Shown: positions 29,620 through 42,436 of the stretch, piece by piece
How positions within the stretch are numbered: position 1 is the first letter of the stretch
Layout of the letters: each line of letters begins with the position of its first letter
Source of the DNA: Luminiphilus sp.
Lineage (GTDB): Bacteria > Pseudomonadota > Gammaproteobacteria > Pseudomonadales > Halieaceae
Assembly: GCA_038151055.1 (NCBI GenBank)
Contig: JAYOUT010000001.1
Coordinates: 34,193 to 78,083 of the forward strand
Direction: 5' to 3'
DNA length: 43,891 nt
The notes under the pieces: generated by a model
Told to the model about the DNA's origin: nothing
The model's database searches: none
Seen by the model: the letters and a program-made list of their open reading frames with translations, nothing else
Position numbers and translations under genes: made by a program

Positions 29620-31097
29620 TGGCCGACACCCAGTTACTTACCGCATCGGTCAGTGAGCTTCGTCAGCTACTGAGCGATCGAGCGATTTCCAGCGTCGAGT
29701 TGACTCGGGCCTTTTTGAAGCAGATCGAGCTCTGCAACCCTCAGCTCAACGCTGTGGTGACCGTTTGTGAAGACCACGCTCTAAGGCAAGCAGCTGAGGC
29801 TGACGAACAGCTGGCCAAAGGGGAGATTGCACCGCTGACGGGTGTGCCGCTTCTGCATAAAGACATTTTCTGTACCCATGGCATTCGCACCACCTGCGGG
29901 TCGCGTATGTTGGCCGAATTCACGCCCGCCTATGATGCAACGGTGGTGAGCAAGCTGCAGGCAGCTGGTGCGGTGACGCTGGGTAAATGCAATATGGATG
30001 AGTTCGCGATGGGCTCGTCTAATGAGACCAGCTTCTTTGGCACGGTGAAGAATCCTTGGGATCTTAACTGTGTGCCGGGCGGCAGCTCGGGCGGCTCAGC
30101 CGCAGCCGTGGCGGCGGGCATGGCGCCCCTTGCGACAGGCACCGATACCGGCGGGTCAATCCGTCAGCCGGCCTCACTCTGTGGTATCACCGGCTTGAAA
30201 CCGACTTATGGTCGAGTGTCGCGACTGGGAATCATCGCTTTCGCCTCATCGCTGGATCAGGCCGGCCCCATGGCGAGGACCGCGGAGGACTGTGCACTGG
30301 CCCTGACCGCGATGGCAGGTGCTGACGACGGAGATTCCACGTCAGCCGACAAACCGGTCCCGGATTTTCACGGCGCGCTAAGCACCGACATTCAGGGGTT
30401 GCGCATCGGACTACCCAAACAGTTCTTCAACGACGATCTCGATGACCAGGTGCGTACTCGCGTCTCGGAAGCGCTCTCTGAACTGGAAAAAGCGGGCGCG
30501 ACGCTGGTTGAGATCGACTTGCCACACAGCCATTACGCGATTGCCACTTACTATGTCATCGCGCCTGCCGAAGCGTCTGCGAATCTTGCTCGCTATGACG
30601 GTGTGCGCTTTGGTTATCGGTGTGACGACCCGCAAGATCTGGAAGATCTGTACCTCCGATCACGCAGCGAAGGCTTCGGCGAAGAGGTTCAGCGCCGGAT
30701 TCTGGTGGGAACCTATGCCCTCTCGGCGGGCTTCTACGATGCTTACTTTAATAAAGCACAGCAGGTTCGTCGGGTGATTACCGAGGATTTTCATCGCGCC
30801 TTTGAACAGGTCGACGTCATCGCCGGCCCATCCGCTCCCAACGTGGCATTCCCATTCGGCGCCAAGCAACAGGATCCGATTGCAATGTACATGGAGGACA
30901 TCTACACGCTAGCGGTCAATCTTGCCGGGCTGCCAGGTCTCTCGACACCGGCCGGTTTCATTAATGGAATGCCCGTCGGTTTACAGCTGATCGGTAAGCC
31001 TTTCGATGAGCAGACGATTCTAAATGCCGCGCACCGACTGCAAACGGATACCGATTGGCATCAAAGCCACCCCAGCCTCGGAGATCTCGCATCATGA
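29619..31097 (+). CDS. gatA: Asp/Glu-tRNA amidotransferase subunit A
   Basis: [50 protein letters not shown]. Confidence 0.98.
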   Translation: MADTQLLTASVSELRQLLSDRAISSVELTRAFLKQIELCNPQLNAVVTVCEDHALRQAAEADEQLAKGEIAPLTGVPLLHKDIFCTHGIRTTCGSRMLAEFTPAYDATVVSKLQAAGAVTLGKCNMDEFAMGSSNETSFFGTVKNPWDLNCVPGGSSGGSAAAVAAGMAPLATGTDTGGSIRQPASLCGITGLKPTYGRVSRLGIIAFASSLDQAGPMARTAEDCALALTAMAGADDGDSTSADKPVPDFHGALSTDIQGLRIGLPKQFFNDDLDDQVRTRVSEALSELEKAGATLVEIDLPHSHYAIATYYVIAPAEASANLARYDGVRFGYRCDDPQDLEDLYLRSRSEGFGEEVQRRILVGTYALSAGFYDAYFNKAQQVRRVITEDFHRAFEQVDVIAGPSAPNVAFPFGAKQQDPIAMYMEDIYTLAVNLAGLPGLSTPAGFINGMPVGLQLIGKPFDEQTILNAAHRLQTDTDWHQSHPSLGDLAS

Positions 31098-32545
31098 GTT
31101 GGGAGATTGTGATGGGGTTAGAGGTGCACCTGCAGCTCGCCACTCAGTCAAAAATTTTTTCGGGGTCGTCAACCCAGTTTGGCGCCTCCCCTAATGAGCA
31201 AGCAGATGCAGTGGATCTGGGCATGCCGGGCATGCTGCCGGTATTGAACGAGGAAGCTGTCCGCTACGCGGTCAAATTTGGTTTGGGTATCGGCGCCCGC
31301 ATCGGCGAGAGATCCGTTTTTGACCGCAAGAACTATTTCTATCCTGACCTGCCAAAGGGATATCAGGTCAGCCAGTTTTTTGCGCCCATCGTCTGCGAGG
31401 GAATTTTTGAAGTACCTTTGGAAGATGGAACACTGTTCCCTATTCGTATTACCCGTGCTCATCTCGAAGAAGACGCGGGGAAATCGGTCCACGATATTTT
31501 TACCCATGAAACGGGCATTGATTTAAATCGCGCCGGGACGCCGCTGCTCGAGATCGTGACTGAACCGGATTTTCGGTCAGCGGATCAAGCCGTCGCGTAC
31601 CTTAAGGCCCTGCACTCTTTGGTGACTTACCTGGGCATCTCCGATGGCAACATGGCAGAAGGGTCTATGCGCTGCGATATCAACATTTCACTGCGCGAGA
31701 AAGGTTCGGAGACGCTGGGCACGCGTACCGAAATCAAAAACGTCAACTCTTTCCGCTTTGTCGAGCGCGCCATTTATAGTGAGTGCGAACGACAAGCCGA
31801 TATTCTCGAAAGCGGCGGCACCATTACTCAAGAAACCCGCCTCTACGACGCTGAACAAAATGTGACCCGGTCCATGCGCTCAAAAGAGGTGGCCAATGAC
31901 TACCGCTACTTCCCCGAGCCCGATTTACTGCCGATCGTTATCGATGAAGCCTACATTGAGGCGGTCCGCGCCACGCTGCCAGAATTGCCCGGTGCAAAGC
32001 GGCAACGTTTCATCGAGTCATATGGGCTAAATGACTACGATGCGGCGCTTCTGGTTCCGCATCATGACATGGCCGATTACTTTGAAGCCGTGGTCAGCGC
32101 CTGCGACGCTGCCAAGCCCGCCGCGAACTGGATTCTGGGTGACCTTTCGGGCGCGCTAAACCGCAACGAAATCAGCATTAGCGAGAGCCCCATCACGGCA
32201 GAGCGACTGGCGGGTCTGATCACTCGGATTGAGGACGGGACGCTATCGAGCAAACTCGCTAAGCAAGTGTTCGACGCCATGTGGGACGGAGAAGGTGACG
32301 CCGACGACATTATCGCCGCGCGAGGCCTGAAGCAGGTTAGTGACTCTGGCGCACTGGAAGCCATGGTGGACGAGGTGATCGCGAACAACCCCGATCAAGT
32401 TGCTCAATATCGCGCCGCAGACGAAGCCAAGCGCAAAAAGCTGAGCGGTTTTTTTGTGGGTCAAATTATGAAAGCGTCGCAGGGGCAGGCGAATCCGCAA
32501 ATGCTCAATGCACTGCTACTACAGAAGCTCGACGATCAGTCCTGA
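31094..32545 (+). CDS. gatB: Asp/Glu-tRNA amidotransferase subunit B
   Basis: [42 protein letters not shown] 31094 overlaps the gatA stop. Confidence 0.98.
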   Translation: MSWEIVMGLEVHLQLATQSKIFSGSSTQFGASPNEQADAVDLGMPGMLPVLNEEAVRYAVKFGLGIGARIGERSVFDRKNYFYPDLPKGYQVSQFFAPIVCEGIFEVPLEDGTLFPIRITRAHLEEDAGKSVHDIFTHETGIDLNRAGTPLLEIVTEPDFRSADQAVAYLKALHSLVTYLGISDGNMAEGSMRCDINISLREKGSETLGTRTEIKNVNSFRFVERAIYSECERQADILESGGTITQETRLYDAEQNVTRSMRSKEVANDYRYFPEPDLLPIVIDEAYIEAVRATLPELPGAKRQRFIESYGLNDYDAALLVPHHDMADYFEAVVSACDAAKPAANWILGDLSGALNRNEISISESPITAERLAGLITRIEDGTLSSKLAKQVFDAMWDGEGDADDIIAARGLKQVSDSGALEAMVDEVIANNPDQVAQYRAADEAKRKKLSGFFVGQIMKASQGQANPQMLNALLLQKLDDQS

Positions 32546-33123
32546 ACCCGGCCTTTCAGGTACTGGAGCCGATTAGCGCGCTTTTGCTCAGCGTTTTTCC
32601 TAAGCAACACGTAGACCGCTCCAGTCCCTCCGTGCTGGGGTTGCGCGGAGTGGAAGGCCTGAACCGCATCCAGTTCCTTGAGCCAGTGATTGACGTAACC
32701 TTTCAGCACCGCTGTTTGCTCGCCTTGGGCCTTCGACTGGCCTTTTCCATGCACGATGAGAACAGTGCGTAGACCAAGCCGCTCAGCCTCTGCGATAAAG
32801 GAAAAAACCTCTTCTTTAGCCTGCTTCACGAGCAAGCGATGAAGATCGAGCCGTGCATCGACCTGGTAGTGCCCAAGCCGCAGCTTGCGATATACGCCAT
32901 TTTGAATGCCCGGCCGTTTGAATTCGAGCACATACCACGCATCGAGGGGTGCAACGCCCTCATCAATCAGGGGGTTAACTACTGATTCTTCGCGCGCTGC
33001 GGCCTGACGACGCTCGCGTTGCTGATCCTCGGATAACCGCTCTTTGACCAGGCGGACGCGCGCCTCGCGACCCAGCGGCGTCACGCCAGCCATCTCCTCA
33101 GCAAAAAGATCTTCGTCACTCAC
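32536..33123 (-). CDS. smrA: Smr-domain endonuclease SmrA/YdaL
   Basis: [26 protein letters not shown]. Start uncertain (GTG 33123 or TTG 33174). Confidence 0.88.
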   Translation of the reverse strand: MSDEDLFAEEMAGVTPLGREARVRLVKERLSEDQQRERRQAAAREESVVNPLIDEGVAPLDAWYVLEFKRPGIQNGVYRKLRLGHYQVDARLDLHRLLVKQAKEEVFSFIAEAERLGLRTVLIVHGKGQSKAQGEQTAVLKGYVNHWLKELDAVQAFHSAQPQHGGTGAVYVLLRKNAEQKRANRLQYLKGRVQD

Positions 33124-33188
33124 CGGTGATTGCGCTCTGGCAGACGATTGGGACAGTATAGTGATCCCGTCCAAAGACAGCGAATAGC

Positions 33189-33926
33189 ATGAGCGGCAAT
33201 CTCTTCACAGGCGCAGGCTACTTCTTGCGCGGACTGACGATGACATTTCAACCGGGCCTGCGCCGCTTTGTGCTCATCCCTCTTATTGCCAACATCGTTT
33301 TGTTCAGCTTAATGGGCTGGCTACTTTATGGACTCATCGTTGATTTTTATGAGGCGGCAATGCTGACCGTGCCGGAGTGGCTGCAGTTCCTCTCCTGGAT
33401 CATTACCCCACTGTTGTGGCTGATCGGCGGGCTGATGACGGGTTATGTGTCGACGCTGATCGTACTGATGCTGACCTCACCTTTTCACGCACTGCTCGCT
33501 GAAAAAGTCGAGGAGGCCATCACCGGTGAACCCGTTCCCGCTCTGGATGGGATCGCTGCAGCGTTGCTCGAGGTGCCCCGGGCCCTGTTTCGGGAACTGC
33601 GCAAAGTGCTGTACTACGTGCCGATGGCTGTTGGGGTGCTGATACTCACCATTGTGCCGCTCTTCAACGCCTTCGCGCCCTTGGCCTGGTTTTTACTGGG
33701 CGCCTGGATGATGAGCCTGCAGTTTGTTGACTACCCCATGGACAACCATCGCTTGGCGTTCCGTGACGTTAGAGACGCCTGTGCCGCACGCAGGCTGTCA
33801 ACAATCGGTTTCGGAGGGACCGTGGCATTCTTCACCGGGATACCACTCATCAATCTGATCGTGATTCCGGCAGCCGTCATTGGCGCCACACTGTTGTGGT
33901 GTGAGGAGCTCAGGCCCCGTCGCTAA
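33189..33926 (+). CDS. cysZ: Sulfate transporter CysZ (EI24 domain)
   Basis: [44 protein letters not shown]. Confidence 0.9.
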   Translation: MSGNLFTGAGYFLRGLTMTFQPGLRRFVLIPLIANIVLFSLMGWLLYGLIVDFYEAAMLTVPEWLQFLSWIITPLLWLIGGLMTGYVSTLIVLMLTSPFHALLAEKVEEAITGEPVPALDGIAAALLEVPRALFRELRKVLYYVPMAVGVLILTIVPLFNAFAPLAWFLLGAWMMSLQFVDYPMDNHRLAFRDVRDACAARRLSTIGFGGTVAFFTGIPLINLIVIPAAVIGATLLWCEELRPRR

Positions 33927-35161
33927 CGGCCTTCACCAACAGGCGGAGGTGACATACAGGCCAACGAATGGCCCAGAAGCGCCTCAATATCGGGTAGTAG
34001 GAAGGCATCGTCCTCGCTGGCAAAGCTGACCGACACGCCTTTCGCACCGGCACGCCCGGTACGACCAATCCGGTGAACGTAATCCTCGGGATCCTCGGGC
34101 AGGTTGTAGTTCACTACGTGTGAAATACCCTCTACGTGAATACCGCGTCCTGCCACGTCAGTCGCGACCAAGACCTTGGAGCGGCCCGACTTAAAATTCT
34201 CCAGCGTTTTCGTGCGTTTGGCCTGCGTAATTTCTCCAGACAGCATGCCGCAATGTACGCCCTCTTTACGTAGTTTCTCGTACAGCCTGCGAACTTGATC
34301 TCGTCGGTTCGCGAAAATAATGACGCTCTCTACCGCTGGGTCTCTCAGCAAATCCAGAAGCACCGGGAACCTCTCCCGACTCGCAACCAGATATACGCGT
34401 TGATCAACCGATGCTGTCGCGACGCGTTCGGGTTCGATCTCCACCGTCACCGGCTCAAAAGTCCACTGTTTGGCCAGATTCATGATGTCCTGAGTAAAAG
34501 TGGCTGAGAACAGCAGGGTCTGGCGGTCTTCCTTACGCGGTGTCGCCCGCACGATGCGCTTGACCTGAGGGATGAAACCCATATCCAGCATACGGTCGGC
34601 TTCGTCGAGCACCAGAATCTCTACTCGATCGAGCGCCAAATCACGCCGCTCCATGAAATCAATCAACCGGCCCGGGGTCGCAACGATAATGTCGACCGGC
34701 GACCGGTTCACCTTGTTCAACTGCTTCTGGTAATCAGCGCCGCCAATCAACGTCACCGTATTCAAACCGGTAAAGCGACCTAATTCGTCAGCATCGGCCG
34801 CGATCTGCATCACCAGTTCCCGGGTGGGCGCAATAATCACGGCACGTGGCTCGCCCAGGTAGCGCTCGCCTTCGATCGGATGGCTTAGCAAATCATTGAA
34901 AATTGTGATCAGAAAGGCAGCGGTTTTACCGGTCCCGGTCTGTGCTTTGCCGATGGCGTCGTTGCCAGCCAGCGTGTGCGGCAAAATCTGTCCTTGAATC
35001 GGGGAGCAGGATTCGAAGCCCAGCGCATCGACACCCTGCTGCACGCTGGCCTCAAGGTTCAGAGAATCAAACTTCACCTTCTGAGCAGGCGCCGCCTCAG
35101 TCGCAGGTGTTGCGTCAATTGTTTCAGTGTCGTCGCTCTGGGCAACAGCATCGTCTTGCAC
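33923..35161 (-). CDS. rhlB: DEAD-box RNA helicase, RhlB-like
   Basis: Q motif [42 protein letters not shown]. Start uncertain (35161 or 35227). Confidence 0.85.
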   Translation of the reverse strand: MQDDAVAQSDDTETIDATPATEAAPAQKVKFDSLNLEASVQQGVDALGFESCSPIQGQILPHTLAGNDAIGKAQTGTGKTAAFLITIFNDLLSHPIEGERYLGEPRAVIIAPTRELVMQIAADADELGRFTGLNTVTLIGGADYQKQLNKVNRSPVDIIVATPGRLIDFMERRDLALDRVEILVLDEADRMLDMGFIPQVKRIVRATPRKEDRQTLLFSATFTQDIMNLAKQWTFEPVTVEIEPERVATASVDQRVYLVASRERFPVLLDLLRDPAVESVIIFANRRDQVRRLYEKLRKEGVHCGMLSGEITQAKRTKTLENFKSGRSKVLVATDVAGRGIHVEGISHVVNYNLPEDPEDYVHRIGRTGRAGAKGVSVSFASEDDAFLLPDIEALLGHSLACMSPPPVGEGR

Positions 35162-35239
35162 AGTAATGGCCGGCAAAAAATGAGCGCGAAGTCTAGCACA
35201 GGGAAGCAGGGTAAAATGTCGGCTCATTAGAGCAGTCAG

Positions 35240-36628
35240 ATGAGCTCCCACTTGAGCCAAAATGTTCCACAACCCCGTTCCGCAGTCGGCCAAATGCTGG
35301 ATGAATTAGGCCCGCTTTGGCGCATCGCCTGGCCACTGCTGATCGCTCAGACGGCACAAATCGGTACCGGCGTGGTCGATACCCTGATGGCCGGCAATTA
35401 CGGCGACGTCGACCTGGCTGCCATCGCCATTGGCTTTAACATTTGGCTGCCTCTGTACCTCATTATCCTTGGCACCTTGTTCGCCTGTTCCGCTATCGTC
35501 GCGCAAGATTTCGGGGCCGGACGCATTGAGCGTGTCAGGAGCTTTTTACCGCAGGGACTGTGGGTCGCCGTTGCTCTCAGCGCCGTGATGACGCCGCTGT
35601 GCCTGAACAGCGGCCTTGTAATCGAACTACTCGGACTCCCGCCCGAGACCGCCGTCAAAACCACTGCTTATGTCAGCCGGGTCGGGCTGGGATTTCCCGC
35701 TTTGGGGATTTTCATGGCCCTGCGCTATCACACTCAGGGTCTGGGCATCACCGCACCCTTCGCCATGGCCAGTGTCATTGGCTTTATCGCCAATGTGCCG
35801 CTGAATTACATGCTGATCTTCGGCGCCTGGGGCGCACCTGAGTTAGGCGCAGAAGGTTGCGGACTGGCGACAGCGGCTTCCATGTGGATCAGCACATCGA
35901 TCATTTTGCTCTACGTACTCACAGCCCGCTCTCTTCGACCCTACTTGCCGGACCGCTGGCTGCAGATGCCTGACCAACAGCGAATTGGTGAAATCCTCGC
36001 TGTCGGTATCCCAGTGGGCCTCACCTTCTTTCTAGAGACCGGGGTTTTCTCGGCTATCACACTGTTGATTGCAACCTTGGGCGATGCCGCGGTCGCGGCC
36101 CATCAGATTGCCATCAACGTTTGGGATGTTTTCTACATCCCGATGATCAGTATTGGTAGCGCCATGGCGACACGCATGGGACATGCCATTGGTGCGGGTA
36201 ACGCCCAAGGGGTCCGTATGGCGCTCCGGGTGGGCGCGGCGCTGTCTACCCTGATTGGCCTGTTGGCCATGTCATTGCTGCTACTATTTCCCGACGCGAT
36301 TATTGGCGCTTACACCCAGTCAGACACGATCCGTGATTTGGCGTTTAGCCTGCTCCGCCTTGCGGCGTTATTCATCATGATCGATGTTGTTCAGATCGTG
36401 GGGTCGTTTGTATTGCGCGCTTATAAAGAAACCCGATTCCCCTTCGTAGTGGTCACTTTTTCATACTGGGGTTTGGCGCTCCCGCTGGGATATGCGATGG
36501 CCATTCATTGGGGAGATAGCACACCAGAGGGCACCGTCGACTTTTGGTACGCCACCATTCTGGGTATCGCGGTAGCGGCAGCGCTGATTACGTGGCGCGT
36601 CAGGCGGCTTCTCAGCGCCCTCGACTAG
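35240..36628 (+). CDS. MATE family efflux transporter (NorM-like)
   Basis: About 12 TM helices; [25 protein letters not shown]. Start 35240 or 35294. Confidence 0.92.
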   Translation: MSSHLSQNVPQPRSAVGQMLDELGPLWRIAWPLLIAQTAQIGTGVVDTLMAGNYGDVDLAAIAIGFNIWLPLYLIILGTLFACSAIVAQDFGAGRIERVRSFLPQGLWVAVALSAVMTPLCLNSGLVIELLGLPPETAVKTTAYVSRVGLGFPALGIFMALRYHTQGLGITAPFAMASVIGFIANVPLNYMLIFGAWGAPELGAEGCGLATAASMWISTSIILLYVLTARSLRPYLPDRWLQMPDQQRIGEILAVGIPVGLTFFLETGVFSAITLLIATLGDAAVAAHQIAINVWDVFYIPMISIGSAMATRMGHAIGAGNAQGVRMALRVGAALSTLIGLLAMSLLLLFPDAIIGAYTQSDTIRDLAFSLLRLAALFIMIDVVQIVGSFVLRAYKETRFPFVVVTFSYWGLALPLGYAMAIHWGDSTPEGTVDFWYATILGIAVAAALITWRVRRLLSALD

Positions 36629-36639
36629 CTCGCTCCTGC

Positions 36640-37398
36640 CTAGCGAGATGCGTCGCTACATACCGGGCAGTCATCGCGCGGCATCAAACTGATCTGCGTT
36701 TGCTGATCGCCCCAGGCATCCAACAGCTGCAACCGGCCCCAGGGCAAATCCGCGCCTAGACACCATTTGATCGCCAACAGCGCCTGTTGTAGCGCAACCA
36801 GACCCACCACCGGGCCCAAAATACCCAGCTCGGCACAGCCACCGGCACCATCGTGGCTGCCATCCGCCATCAGGCAGTGATAGCAACCGAATTGCCGATC
36901 GGCATCGAAAATAGCCCATTGCCCGGCCATGCGAACGGCGGCACCCATGATCCATGGCAGTCTTAAGTCAAAGGTGCTGCGGTCAATTAATAGGCGTGCT
37001 TCGGCAGAATCCGTCGCGTCCACCACCAAATGAATATCCTCAAGCAAGGCACTGGCGTTATTGGATTCAAACCGGCAAAGGCGGGTATCGAGTGCTACAT
37101 CAGCATTATTGGACCGCAATCGAGCAGCGAGCACGTCTACCTTGGCTTGACCGATATCGGACTCCGCGAAGGCCACCTGCCTGGGCAGGTTACTGCGCTC
37201 GATCACGTCATCGTCCACCAGTCTGAGATAACCCACTCCGGCCGCGGCGAGATATTGCGCCAATGGCACGCCCAGTCCCCCTGCGCCCACAATCAGCATG
37301 CGCGATGACTGCAACTTCAGCTGACCCTCGAGATCAACATGAGGCAGGACCAATTGCCGTGCGTACTGATTCAGCTGCCGGTCTGTCAGTTCAGCCAT
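36640..37398 (-). CDS. moeB: MoeB/ThiF family adenylyltransferase
   Basis: YARQ..L, VGAGGLG, DDD.IE.SNL.RQ, D.TD, CYHC, GC...G.LGP, CPVC. ATG 37398; usual position after prmC. Confidence 0.85.
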   Translation of the reverse strand: MAELTDRQLNQYARQLVLPHVDLEGQLKLQSSRMLIVGAGGLGVPLAQYLAAAGVGYLRLVDDDVIERSNLPRQVAFAESDIGQAKVDVLAARLRSNNADVALDTRLCRFESNNASALLEDIHLVVDATDSAEARLLIDRSTFDLRLPWIMGAAVRMAGQWAIFDADRQFGCYHCLMADGSHDGAGGCAELGILGPVVGLVALQQALLAIKWCLGADLPWGRLQLLDAWGDQQTQISLMPRDDCPVCSDASR

Positions 37399-38195
37399 TG
37401 TCCCCCCGTGATGCGCGCCTGATGCGACCAGTCGCGTCGCGTCTGGACGTGCTGAAAACCGGTCGACCTCAGCAGCTTCGCCACGGCGTCGGCTTGATCG
37501 TAACCGTGCTCGATAAGCAGCCATGCCGCTGTATTCAGCGCTTGCGGTGCCTGCTCGACGATATGTTCAATCGCCTCCAACCCCGTGTTGCCAGCCATCA
37601 GGGCGGTATCCGGCTCGGCCGGGAGATCACCTTGAGTCAGGTGCTCGTCGTTCGCTGCAATGTAAGGCGGATTCGAGACCACAAGATCCCAGCGCGTTTC
37701 TGGTACCGCCTGAAACCAGTCACCGTGCCGCCAGTCCACCTCCAAAGCCAACGATCGGCTATTTTCCTGTGCACACAATAGGGCCCTCGGACTCAGATCT
37801 ACCCCTGTTATCCGGATAGCGGGGCGCTCAGCTTTACAGGCGAGCGCCACCGCGCCACTCCCTGTTCCGAGGTCAAGCGCCGTCTGAGCGCCCGCATCGA
37901 TGCACTCGAGTGCCCACTCAACCAAATGCTCTGTCTCACGTCGTGGTATCAGCACATCCCGGCTGACCGCTAAGCGCAGGGTCCAAAAATCGCGGTAGCC
38001 CAACAGATAGGCGAGTGGCTCTCCCTTTGCACGGACGTCTGCCTGAGTCAGGAACATATCGGCGAGATGGTCATCTAGAGGTTCTTCAGCATGAGCAATC
38101 AACCAACCCCGATCCACATCTAGCAGATGCGCCAGCAGCAGTTCCGCCTCACTGCGCTCAATATCAACCTGCTGAAGGAGTTTTCGGGGCGTCAT
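37386..38195 (-). CDS. prmC: Release factor glutamine methyltransferase
   Basis: GEPLAY, LIPR.ETE, DLGTGSG, SNPPY, EHGYDQ. Confidence 0.96.
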   Translation of the reverse strand: MTPRKLLQQVDIERSEAELLLAHLLDVDRGWLIAHAEEPLDDHLADMFLTQADVRAKGEPLAYLLGYRDFWTLRLAVSRDVLIPRRETEHLVEWALECIDAGAQTALDLGTGSGAVALACKAERPAIRITGVDLSPRALLCAQENSRSLALEVDWRHGDWFQAVPETRWDLVVSNPPYIAANDEHLTQGDLPAEPDTALMAGNTGLEAIEHIVEQAPQALNTAAWLLIEHGYDQADAVAKLLRSTGFQHVQTRRDWSHQARITGGQWLN

Positions 38196-39277
38196 TCCTC
38201 TGCCATCGCGGCAAGCAAATCTGCCTGATGTTCCTGGCGCAGCGGGATGATCAACGAATCAAGGTCGCCGCTTACCACCTCGTCTAACTTATAGAGGGTC
38301 AGGTTAATGCGATGGTCCGTAATGCGGCCCTGAGGAAAATTATAGGTCCGGATCCGCTCTGACCGGTCGCCAGAGCCCACCAGAGAGCGTCGCTCAGAGG
38401 CCTGAGACGCTTTCTGACTGTCCTGCTCTGCGGATAACAATCGGGCTTGCAGCAATGACATCGCGCGGGCGCGGTTTTTGTGCTGCGAACGCTCATCCTG
38501 ACACTCCACCACGATGCCGGTTGGCAGATGCGTCAAGCGAACCGCAGAGTCAGTGGTATTCACGTGTTGCCCGCCCGCTCCGGACGACCGGAAGGTATCG
38601 ACTCGTAAATCCTCTTTGCGAATTTCTACGCTGTCGACCTCTTCGAGCTCCGGCAAAATTGCCACCGTGCAGGCAGAGGTATGAATCCTCCCCTGAGATT
38701 CGGTCTCAGGCACCCGTTGTACACGATGGGCCCCCGACTCGAACTTGAGATGGCTGTAAACATCCTGACCGGCGACCCGGCTGATCAACTCTTTAAAACC
38801 GCCGTGATCCCCGGGGCGCTCCGACAGCACTTCGACCGACCAGCCTTTCTGCTCTGCGTATCGGTGATACATCCGGAAAAGGTCTCCAGAGAAAATAGCC
38901 GCTTCATCTCCGCCGGTACCCGCGCGAATCTCAAGAAAAACATTGCTGCCATCGCTGGGGTCTCGGGGTAGCAAGAGCACTTGGAGCGCTGCCTCAATCT
39001 CCACCAGTTGCTGCTCGGTCTCGGCTATTTCCTCCCCAGCCAGTGCTCGCAATTCGGGGTCAGGGTCATCCAGCATTTGCTTGGCATCAGTCGAGGCTTC
39101 CTGTAACTGGCGCCATCGCTGGTACTGCGACACCACCTCGTCAAGGTGCGAGAACTCCTTTGATAAATCCCTGAAGCGGTTCTGATCAGAGGCAGTATCG
39201 GCATCGCCCAATAGCGCACCGACTTCCTGATGGCGATCGGCCAACGCTTCGAGCTTAGTGATAAGGGAGGCTTTCAT
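38192..39277 (-). CDS. prfA: Peptide chain release factor 1
   Basis: PxT motif (VPETE), GAGGQ, RTYNFPQ.R.TDHRI. Confidence 0.98.
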   Translation of the reverse strand: MKASLITKLEALADRHQEVGALLGDADTASDQNRFRDLSKEFSHLDEVVSQYQRWRQLQEASTDAKQMLDDPDPELRALAGEEIAETEQQLVEIEAALQVLLLPRDPSDGSNVFLEIRAGTGGDEAAIFSGDLFRMYHRYAEQKGWSVEVLSERPGDHGGFKELISRVAGQDVYSHLKFESGAHRVQRVPETESQGRIHTSACTVAILPELEEVDSVEIRKEDLRVDTFRSSGAGGQHVNTTDSAVRLTHLPTGIVVECQDERSQHKNRARAMSLLQARLLSAEQDSQKASQASERRSLVGSGDRSERIRTYNFPQGRITDHRINLTLYKLDEVVSGDLDSLIIPLRQEHQADLLAAMAEE

Positions 39278-39297
39278 GGTCGAAGTACCGGCCGGCG

Positions 39298-40608
39298 TTA
39301 CTGGAGGGTCGCGCCCTCATCCCGCTCATCATCGAAATCGGTGAGGCCGAGCATAGCCGCCATACGAGAGACATCTCGCTTGCCGCCCTCCTTCGCCAAT
39401 TGCCGTAGGCCTGCCGTGGGGGCGTGGATTAATTTATTGGTGAGATCTCGGGCCAATCTCCCGAGCACTTCCTCCGGATCTGCACCTTTCTCCAACATCC
39501 TCAGTGCTTTATCCAGCTCTGCCTGTTGCAACGCCAGAGCAGAATCCCGGTAGGTCTTGACGACGTCGGCCGATTGCCGCTCGAGTAAGCCATCTTTCAG
39601 TGCGGCGATGCCGTCGGCAACAATTTCGTCCGCTTTACTGGCTTCTGATGCCCGCAGCCGCAAGTTCTCTTCAATGACCTCGCGCATATCATCTACGGTG
39701 TAGAGGTAAATATCGGGTATCTCCGCTACCTGCGGCTCAATGTCTCTCGGCACGGCCAGATCAATCATCAGCATGGGGCGCCAACGACGCGCCCTCACCG
39801 CCTCTTCGACCGCGCCTTTACCCAGTATCGGCAGCTGACTGCCCGTGGAGCTGATGACGATATCGGCATCGGCCAAGCGCGTCGTGACATCCGCCAATAA
39901 AATGGCCTCGGCATCAAACTGCGCGGCGAGCTGTTCAGCGCGTTCCAATGTGCGGTTGGCGATAATGAGCTTGCCGAGCCCGGCATCCCGCAGATGTCGC
40001 GCCACCAGCTCGATGGTCTCACCGGCACCTAACAGCAGGGCTGTACTGCGTTCCATATCGCTGAAAATCTGCCGCGCAAGATCGACAGCGGCATAAGCCA
40101 CGGACACCGGATTTTCACCAATGGCCGTATCGGTCCTCACGCGTTTGGCGATTCTGAAGGCCTCGGGAAAAATCAAATTAAGGTGGAAGCCAACTGCACC
40201 CGCTTCTTGCGCAACGGCAAAAGCAGACTTCATCTGACCAAAAATTTGTGGCTCACCCAGCACCATGGAATTGAGCCCTGCCGCCACGCGAACCAGGTGT
40301 GAGGCGGCTGCCAACCCGTGGTTCCGATAGATCGACGGCGATAGCTGGTGAACGTCGATGCCATGGTGTCCAGCCAACCAGCTAGCCAACTGATCACTTG
40401 CGGTGACGCCATCGGCGCCCTCGGGTAGCACACCGTACAGTTCGGTGCGATTGCAGGTAGACAGAATCACCGATTCGCTCAGCTGCGTATCCCGAATCAG
40501 TGCGCTGAGCGAATCCGGCACTTTTTCAGGGGCAAAGGCAATCTGCTCGCGCAGTTCTACTGAAGCGGAGTCGTGGTTGACACCTACTACTACCAGTCTG
40601 TTCAACAT
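39298..40608 (-). CDS. hemA: Glutamyl-tRNA reductase
   Basis: [31 protein letters not shown]. Confidence 0.98.
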   Translation of the reverse strand: MLNRLVVVGVNHDSASVELREQIAFAPEKVPDSLSALIRDTQLSESVILSTCNRTELYGVLPEGADGVTASDQLASWLAGHHGIDVHQLSPSIYRNHGLAAASHLVRVAAGLNSMVLGEPQIFGQMKSAFAVAQEAGAVGFHLNLIFPEAFRIAKRVRTDTAIGENPVSVAYAAVDLARQIFSDMERSTALLLGAGETIELVARHLRDAGLGKLIIANRTLERAEQLAAQFDAEAILLADVTTRLADADIVISSTGSQLPILGKGAVEEAVRARRWRPMLMIDLAVPRDIEPQVAEIPDIYLYTVDDMREVIEENLRLRASEASKADEIVADGIAALKDGLLERQSADVVKTYRDSALALQQAELDKALRMLEKGADPEEVLGRLARDLTNKLIHAPTAGLRQLAKEGGKRDVSRMAAMLGLTDFDDERDEGATLQ

Positions 40609-40714
40609 GGGCTCGGTAACGTCCTCGCCAGCCGCTGTAACTTGTTATCATAACACTTACCGGCCACCAACTCGCTGGCTTGGTAACTTGTCGCCTGAGG
40701 CTAACTGCTCACCC

Positions 40715-42436
40715 ATGCTCCGCTGCCACATTCTCTCTGCGCTGTTCGTGATCGCTCTGTCGGGCTGCTCAACGCTTCCTGAGGCAGAACCAGACACGGC
40801 ATTGGCCGCGCCGCCAGCAAAACAGTCGGTAGCCGTCGATGAGCCGCCAGAGACCCCCATACCCGAAGACAATTTGCTGCCCCTCTTGCAAGCGGAGTTC
40901 GCGCTGAGGGCTCGTGACTACAATCAAGCCGTGGCGCTGCTCACGGAGCAGGCCGCGATACTGACTGACCCCGCGCTCGCCCGCAGGGCACTCCGGCTTG
41001 CGGAATTTGTCACCGATGCCGAACGCGCGGCAGCGATGGCAGTGCGGCTGGTTGAACTGGATCCCGCAGATGGCGCCGCGCAGGCCGCCGCCTCAGGTTG
41101 GCTATCGAGAACAGGTCGCCCAGTGGCTGCACTGGAATTTGCCGGCAACGCTTATGAGTTGGGTCACCCGGTCAACGTTGCCACAACGCTGGGCAACTAT
41201 GAGCAGATGGACGACGATTCAAAGGCCGCCATCGCTGAAGCGTTGCACGACCTGGCCGCTCGTTGGCCCGATGACAATGAGATCGCGATTGCATCCAGCC
41301 TGCTAGCCAGATTGGAACAGGACTGGCGTCGTGCTGAATCTTTCTTGCTGCCTGTGCTGGAGCGCTCGCCCGAGGATGTTCGCGCCATCATGTTGTGGAC
41401 ACAGCTCCAGCTCGATCAAGCCGTGCCCAATCCGCTGCAGAGATTGGAAGACGCTGTTGCCGCCTTTCCCGCCAACCAGGAGCTGAGGCTGCAATATGCC
41501 CGTCTGCTTGGCTCCGAGGGGGACTACACAGGTGCCAGAGAGCAGTTCGCCCTGCTGCTCGAAGTCGATCCAACCAACCCGGAACTCCTGTCTACTGCCG
41601 CCCTGCTGGATTTCGAACTGGAATTTTTTGATGCCGCTCAGCTCAAATTTGAACAGCTGATCGCGCTGGGGGAACGACCCGACGAGGCGCACTACTATAT
41701 CGGTCGCATCGAAATGTCCCGCGACCGCTACCCGGAAGCCATCGAATCGTTTGCACAAGTGGGGCCGTCGCGCGAGTTTCGCGATGCAAAAGCAAGAGCC
41801 GCAACCTTGTTGGCGGATACCGCTTTCGCCAGCGATATCCGCGACTTTTTTGAGGCACAACGCCGGGCCTTTCCGGGCAATGCGGAACAGCTGTTTCTGC
41901 TAGAGGCTGATGCGCTTAGAGATTGGGATGGCGAGGCACTCAAAGCCTACGATCGGGGTTTAACGGCCTTCCCGCGATCCTTCTCCCTGCTCTACGGGCG
42001 AGCCATGGTGCACGAGGCGGACGGCGAGTTGACCGCAATGGAGACTGACCTGAGGCGGATTCTTGAACAGGACCCCAATCATGCCGCCACGCTCAATGCG
42101 CTGGGCTACACCCTGACCAACCATACAGAGCGCTATGAGGAAGCCGCCGACCTGATTGAGCGCGCGCTCGCCCTATCGCCTGGCGATCCCGCGATTCTCG
42201 ACAGCCTTGGGTGGGTCTATTACAAATTGGGCCAGCTGGCTCAGTCTGAAGCGCTGTTACGACAGGCGCATCAGGCGTTTCCCGATCCTGAGGTGGCAGC
42301 ACATCTGGGCGAGGTCCTGTGGATTCAGGGCAAGCAGATTGAAGCAAGGGATATCTGGCGCGACGGGCTGAGTCGCGTACCCGACCATTCGATCATTCTC
42401 GAGGCCGTGCAGCGTCTTGGCGCTGAGATGCCGTGA
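40715..42436 (+). CDS. TPR-repeat lipoprotein (LbcA/PA4667-like)
   Basis: Lipobox LSGC after ATG 40715; TPR C-terminus LNALGY, DSLGWVYY, PEVAAHLGEVLW; lies between hemA and lolB. Confidence 0.85.
   Translation: MLRCHILSALFVIALSGCSTLPEAEPDTALAAPPAKQSVAVDEPPETPIPEDNLLPLLQAEFALRARDYNQAVALLTEQAAILTDPALARRALRLAEFVTDAERAAAMAVRLVELDPADGAAQAAASGWLSRTGRPVAALEFAGNAYELGHPVNVATTLGNYEQMDDDSKAAIAEALHDLAARWPDDNEIAIASSLLARLEQDWRRAESFLLPVLERSPEDVRAIMLWTQLQLDQAVPNPLQRLEDAVAAFPANQELRLQYARLLGSEGDYTGAREQFALLLEVDPTNPELLSTAALLDFELEFFDAAQLKFEQLIALGERPDEAHYYIGRIEMSRDRYPEAIESFAQVGPSREFRDAKARAATLLADTAFASDIRDFFEAQRRAFPGNAEQLFLLEADALRDWDGEALKAYDRGLTAFPRSFSLLYGRAMVHEADGELTAMETDLRRILEQDPNHAATLNALGYTLTNHTERYEEAADLIERALALSPGDPAILDSLGWVYYKLGQLAQSEALLRQAHQAFPDPEVAAHLGEVLWIQGKQIEARDIWRDGLSRVPDHSIILEAVQRLGAEMP

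Noticed and set aside
40403-40714. 104-aa extension of the TPR ORF overlapping hemA
   Set aside because: Antisense shadow of hemA; the lipoprotein signal starts at ATG 40715.
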